Of a stretch of 64,000 bases of DNA, positions 1 to 9,737 are shown piece by piece. Source of the DNA: Desulfatiglandales bacterium (GTDB taxonomy: Bacteria; Desulfobacterota; DSM-4660; Desulfatiglandales; Desulfatiglandaceae); contig OY759599.1 in NCBI GenBank assembly GCA_963662465.1, positions 3,040,001 through 3,104,000 of the forward strand. Reading direction: 5' to 3'. Every line of letters starts with the position of its first letter. Within the stretch, counting starts at the first letter, position 1. Below the pieces are notes generated by a model, which was not told the origin of the DNA, made no database searches, and saw only the letters and a list, made by a program, of their open reading frames with translations. The translations under genes and the position numbers were made by a program.

Positions 1-175
1 CTCTCCTGTATTCAAAATTTTCGGTCTCTTTTAGAATTCTGCAGGTCGTGCAAAAAGCCGCATAATAGGCTCTGCTAACGGAGGCACGACAACACGCTTC
101 TTTATCAGGAAATTTGTCTAAATTCTTCGTAATACATTCAGCGAGTTCAAGGTATTTCTTCCAATCGAAACCCAT
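1..175 (-). CDS. HEPN-domain protein (UPF0332-like), 5' part only; runs off the window edge
   Basis: Not in the ORF track. Manual translation from ATG at 175 gives MGFDWKKYLELAECITKNLDKFPDKEACCRASVSRAYYAAFC; FDW..YL.LA and R..VSRAYYAAF are typical of this HEPN subfamily. The start overlaps the stop of the upstream gene (TGATG). Confidence 0.75.
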   Translation of the reverse strand, partial: MGFDWKKYLELAECITKNLDKFPDKEACCRASVSRAYYAAFCTTCRILKETENFEYRR

Positions 176-978
176 CACAGCCCCACGAATTCGATATTGA
201 AGCTCACGACATTCGTTTTGAGATCATAATCGTTATCAATATACCACTGCTCGAATTGATCAAAAAGCCTCATGCCTTCGTCCATTTCCCCAAACCACTG
301 TATCCAGGCCACCAAATTCGGATTAGAATCCGGGTCCGGCATGACATCAACGACAATATTGAGCGGAACTCCGAAAATGCGCCTTATTTCCGGACCACAT
401 TGTGTAAAAATAGTCCCTGGATCAAGATGCTCAGGAAGCAGAGCGCCTTCAGTTCCATATTTTTCCAGCAGTTCGAGACTCATTTTTTTGTCGGCATCTC
501 TAAACAACGGTCCAATCTCTAATGGATGTCTTTTTTCCATAATCTTGTGCCACATGCATATATATTCCTCGAAATCCACCTTCTTGTTTAAAATGCAAGC
601 CATTTCAATTGCTACGTTTATACATTCCGAATCAAGGGGATATTTTTCATATGCCTCTTTTGCATATTTGTAGGCATCCTCCATTAACTCAAGGCTTTTC
701 AGCGAAACAATAAAATTGAGGACATGTTGTAGCGAACTACAAGACTGCTCGATTGCCCTTTTGAAAAAGCTCTTTACATTTTTTTCGTCTCCAACGAGAC
801 ATGCAATCATACCCAAGAGAGAAAATCCCGAGGCCACATCAAAATTATTTTTGACGTCTTCAGCTTCCTTTTTGAGTCGAACCAAATCAAAGGAGGTATG
901 ATTACGAGTCCCAGCAAAATGGTTCAATTCATAAATCAAACGACTATACTTAGAATTTAGAGCTGGTACGGAATACAT
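175..978 (-). CDS. Hypothetical protein: TPR-like helical N-terminus and acidic alpha/beta C-terminal domain; probable partner of the HEPN gene
   Basis: ORF 175..1137, more plausible start at ATG 978 (MYSVPAL). Helical repeat pattern (A..FFKRAIE, AYKYAKEAYEKYP). Translationally coupled to the HEPN gene. Confidence 0.6.
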   Translation of the reverse strand: MYSVPALNSKYSRLIYELNHFAGTRNHTSFDLVRLKKEAEDVKNNFDVASGFSLLGMIACLVGDEKNVKSFFKRAIEQSCSSLQHVLNFIVSLKSLELMEDAYKYAKEAYEKYPLDSECINVAIEMACILNKKVDFEEYICMWHKIMEKRHPLEIGPLFRDADKKMSLELLEKYGTEGALLPEHLDPGTIFTQCGPEIRRIFGVPLNIVVDVMPDPDSNPNLVAWIQWFGEMDEGMRLFDQFEQWYIDNDYDLKTNVVSFNIEFVGL

Positions 979-2248
979 TTTTTTCTTCTTTAATTTGTTA
1001 TTCGTAAGGGTGAAATTATCCCAAACGATTTCACCATCGTCAAGAGAATTGTGAGAAATCTCACAAAGCATCAAAGAAAAAAAGTGAAGATCCGCGGGAA
1101 ATCGTGTTGTGAAAATTAACGGGACTTGGTGTGACAAAAGAGTGTTTAAGAGGTCGTTCCTGATTTCCGGTTATCTCCTACCCGCGCTTCAGCTCGGAGG
1201 TTTATCACTGGTTTCGTGCCCGCCGCTGGACTTGTCTGAGGTCTTCTTTTAACTGCTCGTATGCGGGCGGGACCTCCACTTTTCCATAACCTCCGCCGCC
1301 CGTAGGTCAGGTTGTCTGGAAAAATTTCCATCTATTGTCATATTCAGACCTCGTTAGAATTTTAAAAGAATGAAGAGTAAACGTATCTCTTCTCACATAA
1401 TATCTTCGCGCTCTTGCTATGGTTCTGCCTATAATCCACTTTTTGACTATGAAAACCATCATATAGGCCGAAAATCGGGCACAGTTATCATCCTATTGTC
1501 AATCATTCTAACCCATTAGCTTGGTCCGACCCCCTGCTGGACACCCCCTGCCGGACTCTCTTATGGCACCGGTGAGTGATATGCCAAATGTACCCCGGAA
1601 TAAAATGTCGCTTTGTTCTTGCCATGATCCCAAGAAAAACGGACTTTTTGATCTCGAAAAGATCAATATAGCCCCGTTTTAGAGGGGTAAATAAAATATA
1701 TTTCTTCGTATATTAAATGCTTACCGTGGTCCGACCCCATCCGAGACTGCTTGCAAGCCGCAGACCTGTTGACTCTAACATATCTCCGGCATCAAGTTCA
1801 TAAAATATACACCAGAAACCCGGCAATGGGCAATTTTTCTCCTATATCCCTGATATATGATTCACATTCTCGCCAGTCCGTGGATGTGTTCGCCACTTTC
1901 ATGCCTCCATAAATTCGGTTTTACCATGCCTCTAGCCTATCCATATTTCCCCATCGTGCGCTTGCAGCGCCCGGGATAAACCAATATTGACGTAATGGAT
2001 GCACCAATATCCGGATGTTGCGATAGGTCTGCTGCTGAAATTCACTAAGCGTCTCGAGGCCAGGTTCCTGGTTGGAATAAATTTTCAATGAAATTTATGA
2101 GAGAGCATGATAATTACTTTTCATCCCCTCAGGGCCATAAGCGAATCTTCAGCCGAATGCCATGCGGAGGCCGGGATGGTGATAACAAGCTCGGAATTGG
2201 CTTCAAAATTGGTCTGATAATGAAAATTATAAGAAAATATGCCGAGGT

Positions 2249-4343
2249 ATGTTGATGGAACCATCGTATATTTACCACTCGAATCTCTTCAATTCCACCT
2301 ATTTTGAACGTGTTCTTTCCGACGAGGCCTTTCCCCGTAAGCGGGAACTGCCGTCTGAGGCGCAGAAACGTTTGGAAAAACTGATCGGACTCTGGCTTTC
2401 CGTTCGCCATGAGTTTGTAAAAGATTTACCGGAAAGCAAACATAAACCTATCCCATGTGTTGGATTGCCGCCTTCTCTCGAAATGAAGTCAAAAGCCATT
2501 GAAGACAGCGTTGAAAACGAATTCTTACTGCCGCTTTACGAAAAAGTGTTGGGCTTCGCATGTAAGAAACAACAGTCCATGGAGTTGACGGGGCTTTCAA
2601 AAGAAATAAAAAATCGAACCAAAAAACCTGATTTTGTCATTTTTTCAGATAAAATGAAAAAAAAGGCTGCCTTGGACCTTGTTGGTAAAACAAAAAAAGC
2701 GGTTTGTGCGCTTTCATTTTGATATACATTCCAGCTTCAAATTTACCGCCTTGACGTTTTCCCGCGAAACACCCGAAGAAGGGCACTCGTTCCCCGCTGC
2801 CTTCATGCTGCGGGACACCCAGGTGCTGGAAGGGAAAATGCAGGAGCGGGTGCTGTATTTGAGCCGGGACTTCATTACGGCCATCAGCCCCGAAAGTCTG
2901 GCCCTGATCGACAACCGTTCCGACATGGAAGTGCGGTTGATTGAACGGCTTCATCAGAGCTTCCCAGCCCTCGGCAGTGCGGATAGCGGCTGGAAGGTAA
3001 CCTATCGCACGGATTTGCATATGACCAATGACGCCTGCTTGTTCAAAACACGTGGGTGGATGGCAGCCAGGGGATTTACCCGCTTCCGGCCGGAAAAAAA
3101 TGAGGAGGGGCAGTGGGTTCGAAAAAAGCATCCGGATTCCAAAATTGTTGTTTTGCCGGATGATTTGCCCCAGGGCGGTGAGTACTGGGTATCCGCCGAT
3201 GAAAACTGGTATCGGACACGCGGGTATGCGGAACGGCAACAGCATTTCAACGGCAAGGAACGGACGGTTTTCTACCACCCGGATGACAATGCAAAAAAAG
3301 ACGGAAAGGGCAATGACCCCAACCGAATTCTCCCCGGCGAAATCTATTCTCCGCTTTATGAGGGCCGGATGGTTCACATCTTTGATCATTCCCAGAAAGG
3401 CTATGTTTCAGGAGAAGGCCGAAAGGCCATTTGGCAAGAGCAGGATATGGAGCGGAAGGTGATTACCCCCCGCGTTTTTGTCAGCAAGGTTGATGCTGAA
3501 AAGGAGGCGGATGATCGGATAGGCTTTTGTGACGTGACCGGAGCAACGAATGAGAGAAGTATTCTTTCAACAATAATAAGCGTTTATGTCCTTTGTGGGA
3601 ATACGGTTGCCACTTTGGAAGGGCTGACAGCAAAAGAAAATCTGATGCTTTTATCTATTTTTGCTTCTTTCTGTGCGGACTATTTAATCCGCCAACGCGT
3701 AAGCCTCCATTTGAACTGGACGTATGTTTCTAACCTTGTGGTTCCAAACTGCAGAGAGACAGCCGAGGACACAATAGGCGATTTAGCCCGTAAAGCCGCA
3801 ACCCTGAGCTGCACCACCCCGGAACTAGCGGAAGCATGGAATGCCGTGTTCCCTGAAGATCCCTGGACGTATGAGAGCGCGGAGCGGGATTTATGGAAAC
3901 GGGCCGAACTCCGGGCTGAGATGGATGCCATGGTGGCTGAGTTGTATGGTTTGTCCGTGGAGGAATACGCCATGGTCCTGACCGGTTTCCCCCTTCTGGA
4001 CCGGGGTCAGCCCGCCCTGCCCGGAGATGCCTTTCTGACGGAGGGGGATGAAAAATCGAAAAAAGGGGTGGAAGGGGAAAATTGGCTGGAAAGGGAGTGG
4101 GGCATTTTTGAAATCAAGCCGAGAAGCTTCATCACCCGTGATTTTGCCCTGCTCACCTACATGAAGCGAAAAGCCTATCCACTGCCGCAGGATCTGAGCG
4201 CATGGTTCCGGGATAAGGCAGGCTTGAATCCCGAGGGCCCACTTTCTCGCTTTACGATCGGGACTGTCGTGGATCTGGAGGAGCGGGTTGCACTCGCCGA
4301 AGAAAAAGGGGCGATTCCGTATGTGCCCTCCACCCGTGGTTAG
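2249..4343 (+). pseudogene. Type IIG (Eco57I-like) restriction-modification gene relic with a large internal deletion
   Basis: N-terminal piece 2249..2722 (E..VENEFLLPL..VLGF, KKPDFVIF) abuts out of frame a C-terminal piece 2679..4343 (FDIHSSFKF, PLYEGRMVHIFDH, DVTGATNERS, RAELRAEMDAMVAELYGL). No methyltransferase motif I or NPPY/W is present. Confidence 0.7.
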
Positions 4344-4369
4344 AAAGGAGCAGGATATTGGATTGGGAA

Positions 4370-6167
4370 CAGCAATTCCCGCTTAGATTCTAAAGGCGCT
4401 AGGACAGTACCTTTTGGCATTTCCTTTTCGTAAAGCTTTACGTTGAATGAATAGCCTGAAAAGGCTTTTTTCTCCAATTTTTAAAATAAAACAGGAATTT
4501 TTTTGGCAATTCTCAGAAAAAGCTGGACTTTCAGATCAACTTGGCCGATGATTACTGCCTATGGGAATCAGAAGCCAAAAAGGAAGAAAAGAGAGAGGCA
4601 AGATTGGAGTTCGCAAGCATCTTAATGCAGATGCAATTTTCAAGCGTCTGCATAAAGATTTTTCTGAAGTCTCTGACTGCCGTGAGGATCCCGATATTAC
4701 TATTGCGGATGCCTTGATGTCCGGGTTTGCAATGTTTTCGCTCAAGGAGCCATCGTTGCTTGCCTTTGATGAAAGAAGAAAAACCGATAGTAATCTTGGG
4801 AACATATACCATATTGGAAAGATCCCATGTGACAGTACGATGCGCACCATTCTTGATGAAGTGCTCGCAGAAGAACTTCGGAAACCGTATAGGAATATCT
4901 TCTGGGAACTGCAAAGGGGAAAGGTGCTTGAACGTATGGTATTTTTCGAAGGTTGTTATCTTCTATCTTTGGATGGAACGGGTTTCTTCTCATCGAAGAA
5001 ACTTTCCTCTGATAGTTGTTTGGTAAAAGTATCGAAAAAAACCGGCGAAAAAACCTATTATCAGCAGATGTTGGGGGCAGCAATTGTCCATCCGGATTTC
5101 AAAGAGGTCATTCCGCTTGCTCCGGAATTCATAGTCAAGCAGGATGGCCAAAGCAAGAACGACTGTGAGCGTAATGCCGCGAAACGTTTCTTGCAAAAGC
5201 TAAAAGAGGAGCATCCCCATCTGCCTATCATTATAACAGAGGACGCGTTAAGTTCGAATGCACCCCACATTGAAGAAATACAAAAGCAAAATTTTCATTA
5301 TATTCTGGGAGTTAAAAAAGGAGATCACCATTTCTTGTTTAATCACGTCGAACAAGCGCGGATAAATGGTGACGTCACTGAATTCGAATTGGTCGATAAA
5401 GAGGATCCGGAAAAAATACATCGTTTCCGATTTATTAACCAGGTACCTCTCAATGCCTCTAACAAGAATATGCTGGTTAACTTTCTGGAATATTGGGAAA
5501 TTACACCGAAAAAAACAAAACATTTTAGTTGGGTGACAGATTTTTTAATAGGAAAGGACAATGCATACCAGCTAATGCGAGGCGGCCGTGCGAGATGGAA
5601 GATCGAAAATGAAACCTTCAATACTCTTAAGAACCAAGGATATCATTTTGAACACAACTACGGGCTCGGCAAGAAGAATCTGAGTGTTGTTTTTGCGATG
5701 CTCATGATGCTGGCATTCTTGGTGGATCAAACTCAACAGCTTTGTTGCCCTCTATTTATAGCCGCATGGCATAAACTCGGCTCAAAAAGGGAATTGTGGG
5801 AACGGATGAGAGCTTTGTTTAGAGATTTTGAATTCAAATCGATGAGGATGCTCTATGAAGCCCTCTATTATGGCGTAAAGTTTCAAGCGCCAGTTATTCT
5901 ATATAACAGTGGTTAAATTTGTCATGCCCAAGTTCGCATACAAAAATGCTCTCATTAATAAAAAACTGGAGATTCCGGAAATGGATATCTCTGCCCTAAC
6001 TCGTGCTTTTATGCTCTTACTCTTGTCAAAGAAGCTCAACCTGCAAGAAATCGAGGGAGGTAATAGTGGATTTAATACAATTTTTCTGAAAAGGATCTGA
6101 TCTCAGGGTTTGTTTTTGAAATATGTTTTTCAAACTCTGTGAGTAAATTCTTGACCGGGAATTGCTG
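4370..6167 (+). mobile_element. Complete insertion sequence, ISNCY/ISDol1-like, 1798 bp
   Basis: 12-bp terminal inverted repeats CAGCAATTCCCG (4370-4381) and CGGGAATTGCTG (6156-6167); perfect 9-bp target duplication GATTGGGAA at 4361-4369 and 6168-6176. Confidence 0.93.
4561..5916 (+). CDS. DDE transposase (IS4-like fold, ISNCY/ISDol1 group)
   Basis: 451 aa; LDGTG, QDGQSKNDCE, TEDAL, GRARWKIENETFNTLKNQGYHFEHNYG motifs; lies between the inverted repeats. Confidence 0.92.
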   Translation: MGIRSQKGRKERGKIGVRKHLNADAIFKRLHKDFSEVSDCREDPDITIADALMSGFAMFSLKEPSLLAFDERRKTDSNLGNIYHIGKIPCDSTMRTILDEVLAEELRKPYRNIFWELQRGKVLERMVFFEGCYLLSLDGTGFFSSKKLSSDSCLVKVSKKTGEKTYYQQMLGAAIVHPDFKEVIPLAPEFIVKQDGQSKNDCERNAAKRFLQKLKEEHPHLPIIITEDALSSNAPHIEEIQKQNFHYILGVKKGDHHFLFNHVEQARINGDVTEFELVDKEDPEKIHRFRFINQVPLNASNKNMLVNFLEYWEITPKKTKHFSWVTDFLIGKDNAYQLMRGGRARWKIENETFNTLKNQGYHFEHNYGLGKKNLSVVFAMLMMLAFLVDQTQQLCCPLFIAAWHKLGSKRELWERMRALFRDFEFKSMRMLYEALYYGVKFQAPVILYNSG

Positions 6168-7025
6168 GATTGGGAATATTTTTTGGATAAATATAGAGGA
6201 CGTCCGGAAAAAACGCTTTTTCATTACACCACTATTCCAAGTTTTAACGGAATTCTGGGTGATAACTGCCTCTGGGCCACCGATACCCGCTATTTGAACG
6301 ACTTGGAAGAATACCGGCATGGGGTAGCACTTTTTCAGGAAGAACTGAAAAAAGTGGCGGAGAAAAAGGAGAACCATGACTTTCTGGTCAATTATCCGGA
6401 ATGTATTGATGAACTATTGAATGTGAGGACCCGGCTTGATGGGAAACATACCTATTGTGTTTCTTTTACCGAAAACGGAGACATCCTCAGCCAGTGGCGG
6501 GGCTATGCCGGTAATGGCGGCCTCAGTATCGGTTTTGCTCCTGAAACCTTGTCATCCTCAGCAAAAAACCAGGGGTTTCGTTTTATGAAATGCCTTTATA
6601 ATGAAATAAAGAAAAAGGCTTTTGTTCATGAAGTGGTTGATGACTTTTTATGGCATTGTGATAAATGGCATAATAACGAAGCGCTCGATCATTTTACTCC
6701 GACACATTTTGGCGTATATTTGAGATCCATGATTTGTTTTTTTTCTCCGGTGCTGAAGCATGAAGCATTTGATGAAGAAGAGGAATGGCGTGCGGTTTAT
6801 AGTTCCGGCCACCTTCCTAATGAGAAGCTATCTTCACACAAATCTAACGAAATTGACATTCCACATGCTGATTTCAAACTGCAGGATGTAAATGTACAAA
6901 AAATCTATATCGGGCCTTCTAACAATATTGACAGAGTTTATCTCAGAATTCTTCATACATTGGACTTAAGGAAATTATCCCATATATGCGAGAAGTCGCG
7001 CATTCCTTACAGAGGTTCGCTGTAA
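6162..7025 (+). CDS. DUF2971-domain protein; original start separated by the IS
   Basis: LFHYT, LWAT...LND.EE, CVSFTENGDILSQWRGYA, K...F..E.EWR motifs. The original RBS and TTG (AGGAG..TTG 4346-4360) lie on the other side of the IS. Confidence 0.8.
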   Translation: MLDWEYFLDKYRGRPEKTLFHYTTIPSFNGILGDNCLWATDTRYLNDLEEYRHGVALFQEELKKVAEKKENHDFLVNYPECIDELLNVRTRLDGKHTYCVSFTENGDILSQWRGYAGNGGLSIGFAPETLSSSAKNQGFRFMKCLYNEIKKKAFVHEVVDDFLWHCDKWHNNEALDHFTPTHFGVYLRSMICFFSPVLKHEAFDEEEEWRAVYSSGHLPNEKLSSHKSNEIDIPHADFKLQDVNVQKIYIGPSNNIDRVYLRILHTLDLRKLSHICEKSRIPYRGSL

Positions 7026-7067
7026 CGTGAATCAATGACGTTGAAAAATATTTGAGGAAAATTTCAA

Positions 7068-7982
7068 ATGGACCTTGATTATGATGAAATGGAAAAAAGC
7101 GGGATTAAAGAGGAAGATTTTGAAATGGCTGTTCGAAAAGGCGAGACAGATTTCATCGCCTATGCGGTTAATATGTTTAACTGGGAGCCTGGCATATTCC
7201 CGAATGGCGGTCACCCGCTTTCCGTCGCGTGCGAGTCTGGATTTCTGGATGTGGCAAAGGAGCTGGTTGTATGGGGGGCCGACATTCACGACAAGGGTGA
7301 AGAACTGCCGACCCCGTTGATTCTCGCTGCCCAGAACGGCCATTCTCATATTGTTTCCTGGCTGGTGGAAAACGGAGTGGATCTCAACTATCACCATGAA
7401 GAGATCGACGCCAATGGAGACTGGGAATGGAGCGGATCCGCACTGGGAGAAGCCATCAGGTATGAACATCTGGATATTGCCGAATACCTGATGGACAAGG
7501 GTGCGGATATATCCGACAGTATTTTAGCGACATTTGAAGACCCATATGGCTTTCCGGGCCATATGATTTGCAAGACTTCATATCCCATTGTCGAATTTGT
7601 GAAGTGTGAGAATTACTATCTGTTTAATAAGGCTGTCAAACTGAATGCTCTGGAAAAGTTGCCGCAAGAGGATCAGAAATCTTTATTGGAAATATGCATC
7701 CGCAAAGGAAGGCTCGATGAAGTCCGCTTGATAGCCGGAAAGCTGCCAAAGCTTTTAAATCAGTGCATGGAAACAGAAGACCAAAATTTTCTGTTTCCTC
7801 TGGAACTTGCCGCGATCAATAAAAACAGCGAAATGCTCGAATTGCTTCTCCAAGAAGGCGCAAGTCTGGGAATACGTAATGAGGACGGAACTTTCATATA
7901 CGTGTCGATAGGCGAAATTTGGCCTGAAAAGGCTGTAGAAATTCTTTCAGCCCTTGCAAAAGAAAATACGGCTGGGTCTTGA
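7068..7982 (+). CDS. Ankyrin-repeat protein
   Basis: Repeats HPLSVACESG, TPLILAAQNG, SALGEAIRYE, FPLELAAINK, each followed by LV/LL..GA/VD; RBS GAGG upstream. Confidence 0.9.
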   Translation: MDLDYDEMEKSGIKEEDFEMAVRKGETDFIAYAVNMFNWEPGIFPNGGHPLSVACESGFLDVAKELVVWGADIHDKGEELPTPLILAAQNGHSHIVSWLVENGVDLNYHHEEIDANGDWEWSGSALGEAIRYEHLDIAEYLMDKGADISDSILATFEDPYGFPGHMICKTSYPIVEFVKCENYYLFNKAVKLNALEKLPQEDQKSLLEICIRKGRLDEVRLIAGKLPKLLNQCMETEDQNFLFPLELAAINKNSEMLELLLQEGASLGIRNEDGTFIYVSIGEIWPEKAVEILSALAKENTAGS

Positions 7983-8214
7983 TAAACACGTTTATGTAAA
8001 ACCGTTTATGCGTTTATGAATTCATGGGCAAAACCGTACCGTGCAAAATAAGAACGAAAAAAGCCAACAGCAAAATCAATGTCCTACCTTGTTTCCACGC
8101 TGCTGTATGAGAGGCCCCTTACTCCCCTAGTTTCCAGAGCATCAACAGGCCCATTCTTTCATGACCAGGGCTGCTGTGATTCCGTGCCTGGCCTCCATTA
8201 GTTGGGCGTTCTCC

Positions 8215-8243
8215 TTGACTTTGAAAAGCAATGGCTTTATAGT
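8215..8243 (+). promoter_or_regulatory. Near-consensus sigma70 promoter
   Basis: TTGACT (8215-8220), 17-bp spacer, TATAGT (8238-8243); no credible protein gene follows on this strand. Confidence 0.7.
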
Positions 8244-8249
8244 TCTCAC

Positions 8250-8560
8250 CTCAAGGGGATATCCGCTGCGTAGGGGGGCCACCCTGGCCTGAACAGTCGC
8301 GGGTAGCTGGTCCGTGAGCCGTATCAGCCGCTGTCCTCTGCCTCTTCCGGGAAAAGGAGGCCGGGACTAAGCGGTAATAAGCCTATGGCCCGCCGGACAG
8401 CAGCACCGGCGGGGTGAAGGACTTATGTCGCACGAACCGGAAAGCCTGCTCACTTTTCCCCATCCTGGGCTTTGCTCTTGTAGTTCGACGTCTGCATCGG
8501 GGGGCCCACCCTGTCAGACAGGTGCAGATGGGCCGGATTGTGGGCGATCCGGCCATTTTA
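8250..8560 (+). ncRNA. Candidate structured non-coding RNA of unknown family (~310 nt)
   Basis: GC-rich, dense hairpins (8271-8286, 8328-8374, 8389-8413, 8491-8528), bounded by a promoter and a terminator-like hairpin; no convincing ORF. Confidence 0.55.
8531..8559 (+). terminator. Intrinsic terminator-like hairpin
   Basis: GGCCGGAT-N8-ATCCGGCC followed by ATTTT. Confidence 0.6.
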
Positions 8561-8624
8561 ATACTATTTCTCCTCCCAGTTTCAACGCCCTCTCCAAGTG
8601 ATCATTACTCCATCTCCATTCGCT

Positions 8625-8963
8625 CTATTCCCATTCTTTCTCATAAAGGTGCACATGCCTTCTAATCTCAAGGTCGGTTGGTTTGCCGTGGATTTCAAGG
8701 AAATTGACAAGAAACCGCCTGACCCTGGTCTGATAAAGTTGGTCAGCTCCTTTGTCTTCTGAAAGGACCCTAAGGAGTGATTCGAGTAACATGGGTGCGA
8801 GATGGGGCTCCTGTTTTTCTTCATGAATGCCGCAGCATTTCACTTGATCGTAGAGCTCATCGCTTGTCCAATGAGCGTGAAACATTTCTTCGGAGCCAAA
8901 ATGATCGAGAGCTTTCTCCCTGGCTCCTGCTTCATATGTGTTTATGGAGCGGGAATAACCCAC
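8625..8963 (-). CDS. Hypothetical protein (112 aa)
   Basis: GTG start with GAGGG RBS, 6 bp downstream of the preceding minus-strand gene; no family recognised. Confidence 0.55.
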   Translation of the reverse strand: MGYSRSINTYEAGAREKALDHFGSEEMFHAHWTSDELYDQVKCCGIHEEKQEPHLAPMLLESLLRVLSEDKGADQLYQTRVRRFLVNFLEIHGKPTDLEIRRHVHLYEKEWE

Positions 8964-8969
8964 CTGCCC

Positions 8970-9377
8970 TCAGTTTTTTTTGTTAGGCCATCGAAACAAC
9001 CACCACATTTCCTTGTTATCAATTGAGGCATCATGGGAACTTGCATCCGCTACGGTTAATTCCTTGAATCGTTGATCCGCCGCCAAAATTCGTTCCTTAA
9101 ACGGTTCGATTTCCGCTTCGCTCGCATATTGCATCACATCATAAAGTGTTTCTCGTATTGAAAGGTCATTAAGATATTCTTCACTTGTATCATCGAAAGG
9201 TATCCATTCAATAACATCTTCCCAGTCCGCAACATACGCCTCAATCCCGTTTCGCTCGATATCCCGAATTTCCGAATCCTTGCATCTTGTCAACAACAAA
9301 TGCTCTATTAACGGTGAGACGGTTCCGTTCTTTGCAAGATACCGCTTAAGCCGCATTTTATCCCTATACTTAGTCAT
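8970..9377 (-). CDS. Hypothetical acidic protein; may carry an in-frame N-terminal membrane segment if started further upstream
   Basis: ORF 8970..9713; ATG 9377 has a GAGGT RBS; the upstream in-frame stretch VFLGIVIAIIITAIFAFACWII is hydrophobic. Confidence 0.6.
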   Translation of the reverse strand: MTKYRDKMRLKRYLAKNGTVSPLIEHLLLTRCKDSEIRDIERNGIEAYVADWEDVIEWIPFDDTSEEYLNDLSIRETLYDVMQYASEAEIEPFKERILAADQRFKELTVADASSHDASIDNKEMWWLFRWPNKKN

Positions 9378-9737
9378 GTTTCCAACCTCACCAGATAGTC
9401 TCTTTCCCGCACATTTTCCATCCCTGGCAGAATCGGATTTGCAAACCCGGCAAATCATCTTCAGCAGAGTTTTCAGCAGGTCAACGATCAAAGAGAAGAT
9501 TATCCAGCATGCGAAGGCAAAAATCGCAGTAATGATGATCGCGATCACTATTCCCAGAAAAACCTCCAAAATGTTCAACCCCCTAAATATTCGCGAATGA
9601 ATCGCATTTACCGTTTTTCCAGCTACACAACCTCCGGCAAAAGGAGGTGGAAGGGTTTGTAGTATGTTCCGTAAGGGCATTGTGTCTGCAACCCGCTGCT
9701 CCCCATCCGGCAAACGTCACGCCACGTGAACGGTTGC

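Noticed and set aside
1140..2240. Small genes or a defined element in the 1.1-kb intergenic region (TGGTCCGACCCC twice, weak palindromes, 34-codon minus-strand ORF with GGAGG near 1800-1902)
   Set aside because: Signals are short and degenerate; boundaries and family could not be defined.
8315..8445. Group II intron domain V or ribozyme core in the RNA candidate (GAGCCGTAT ... GTCGCACG)
   Set aside because: The two pieces are about 100 nt apart and do not form the 34-nt domain V hairpin; no reverse transcriptase is nearby; hammerhead and twister cores are incomplete.
8414..8665. 83-aa plus-strand ORF as a type I toxin
   Set aside because: No RBS, it runs through the terminator hairpin and overlaps the convergent gene; not excluded experimentally.
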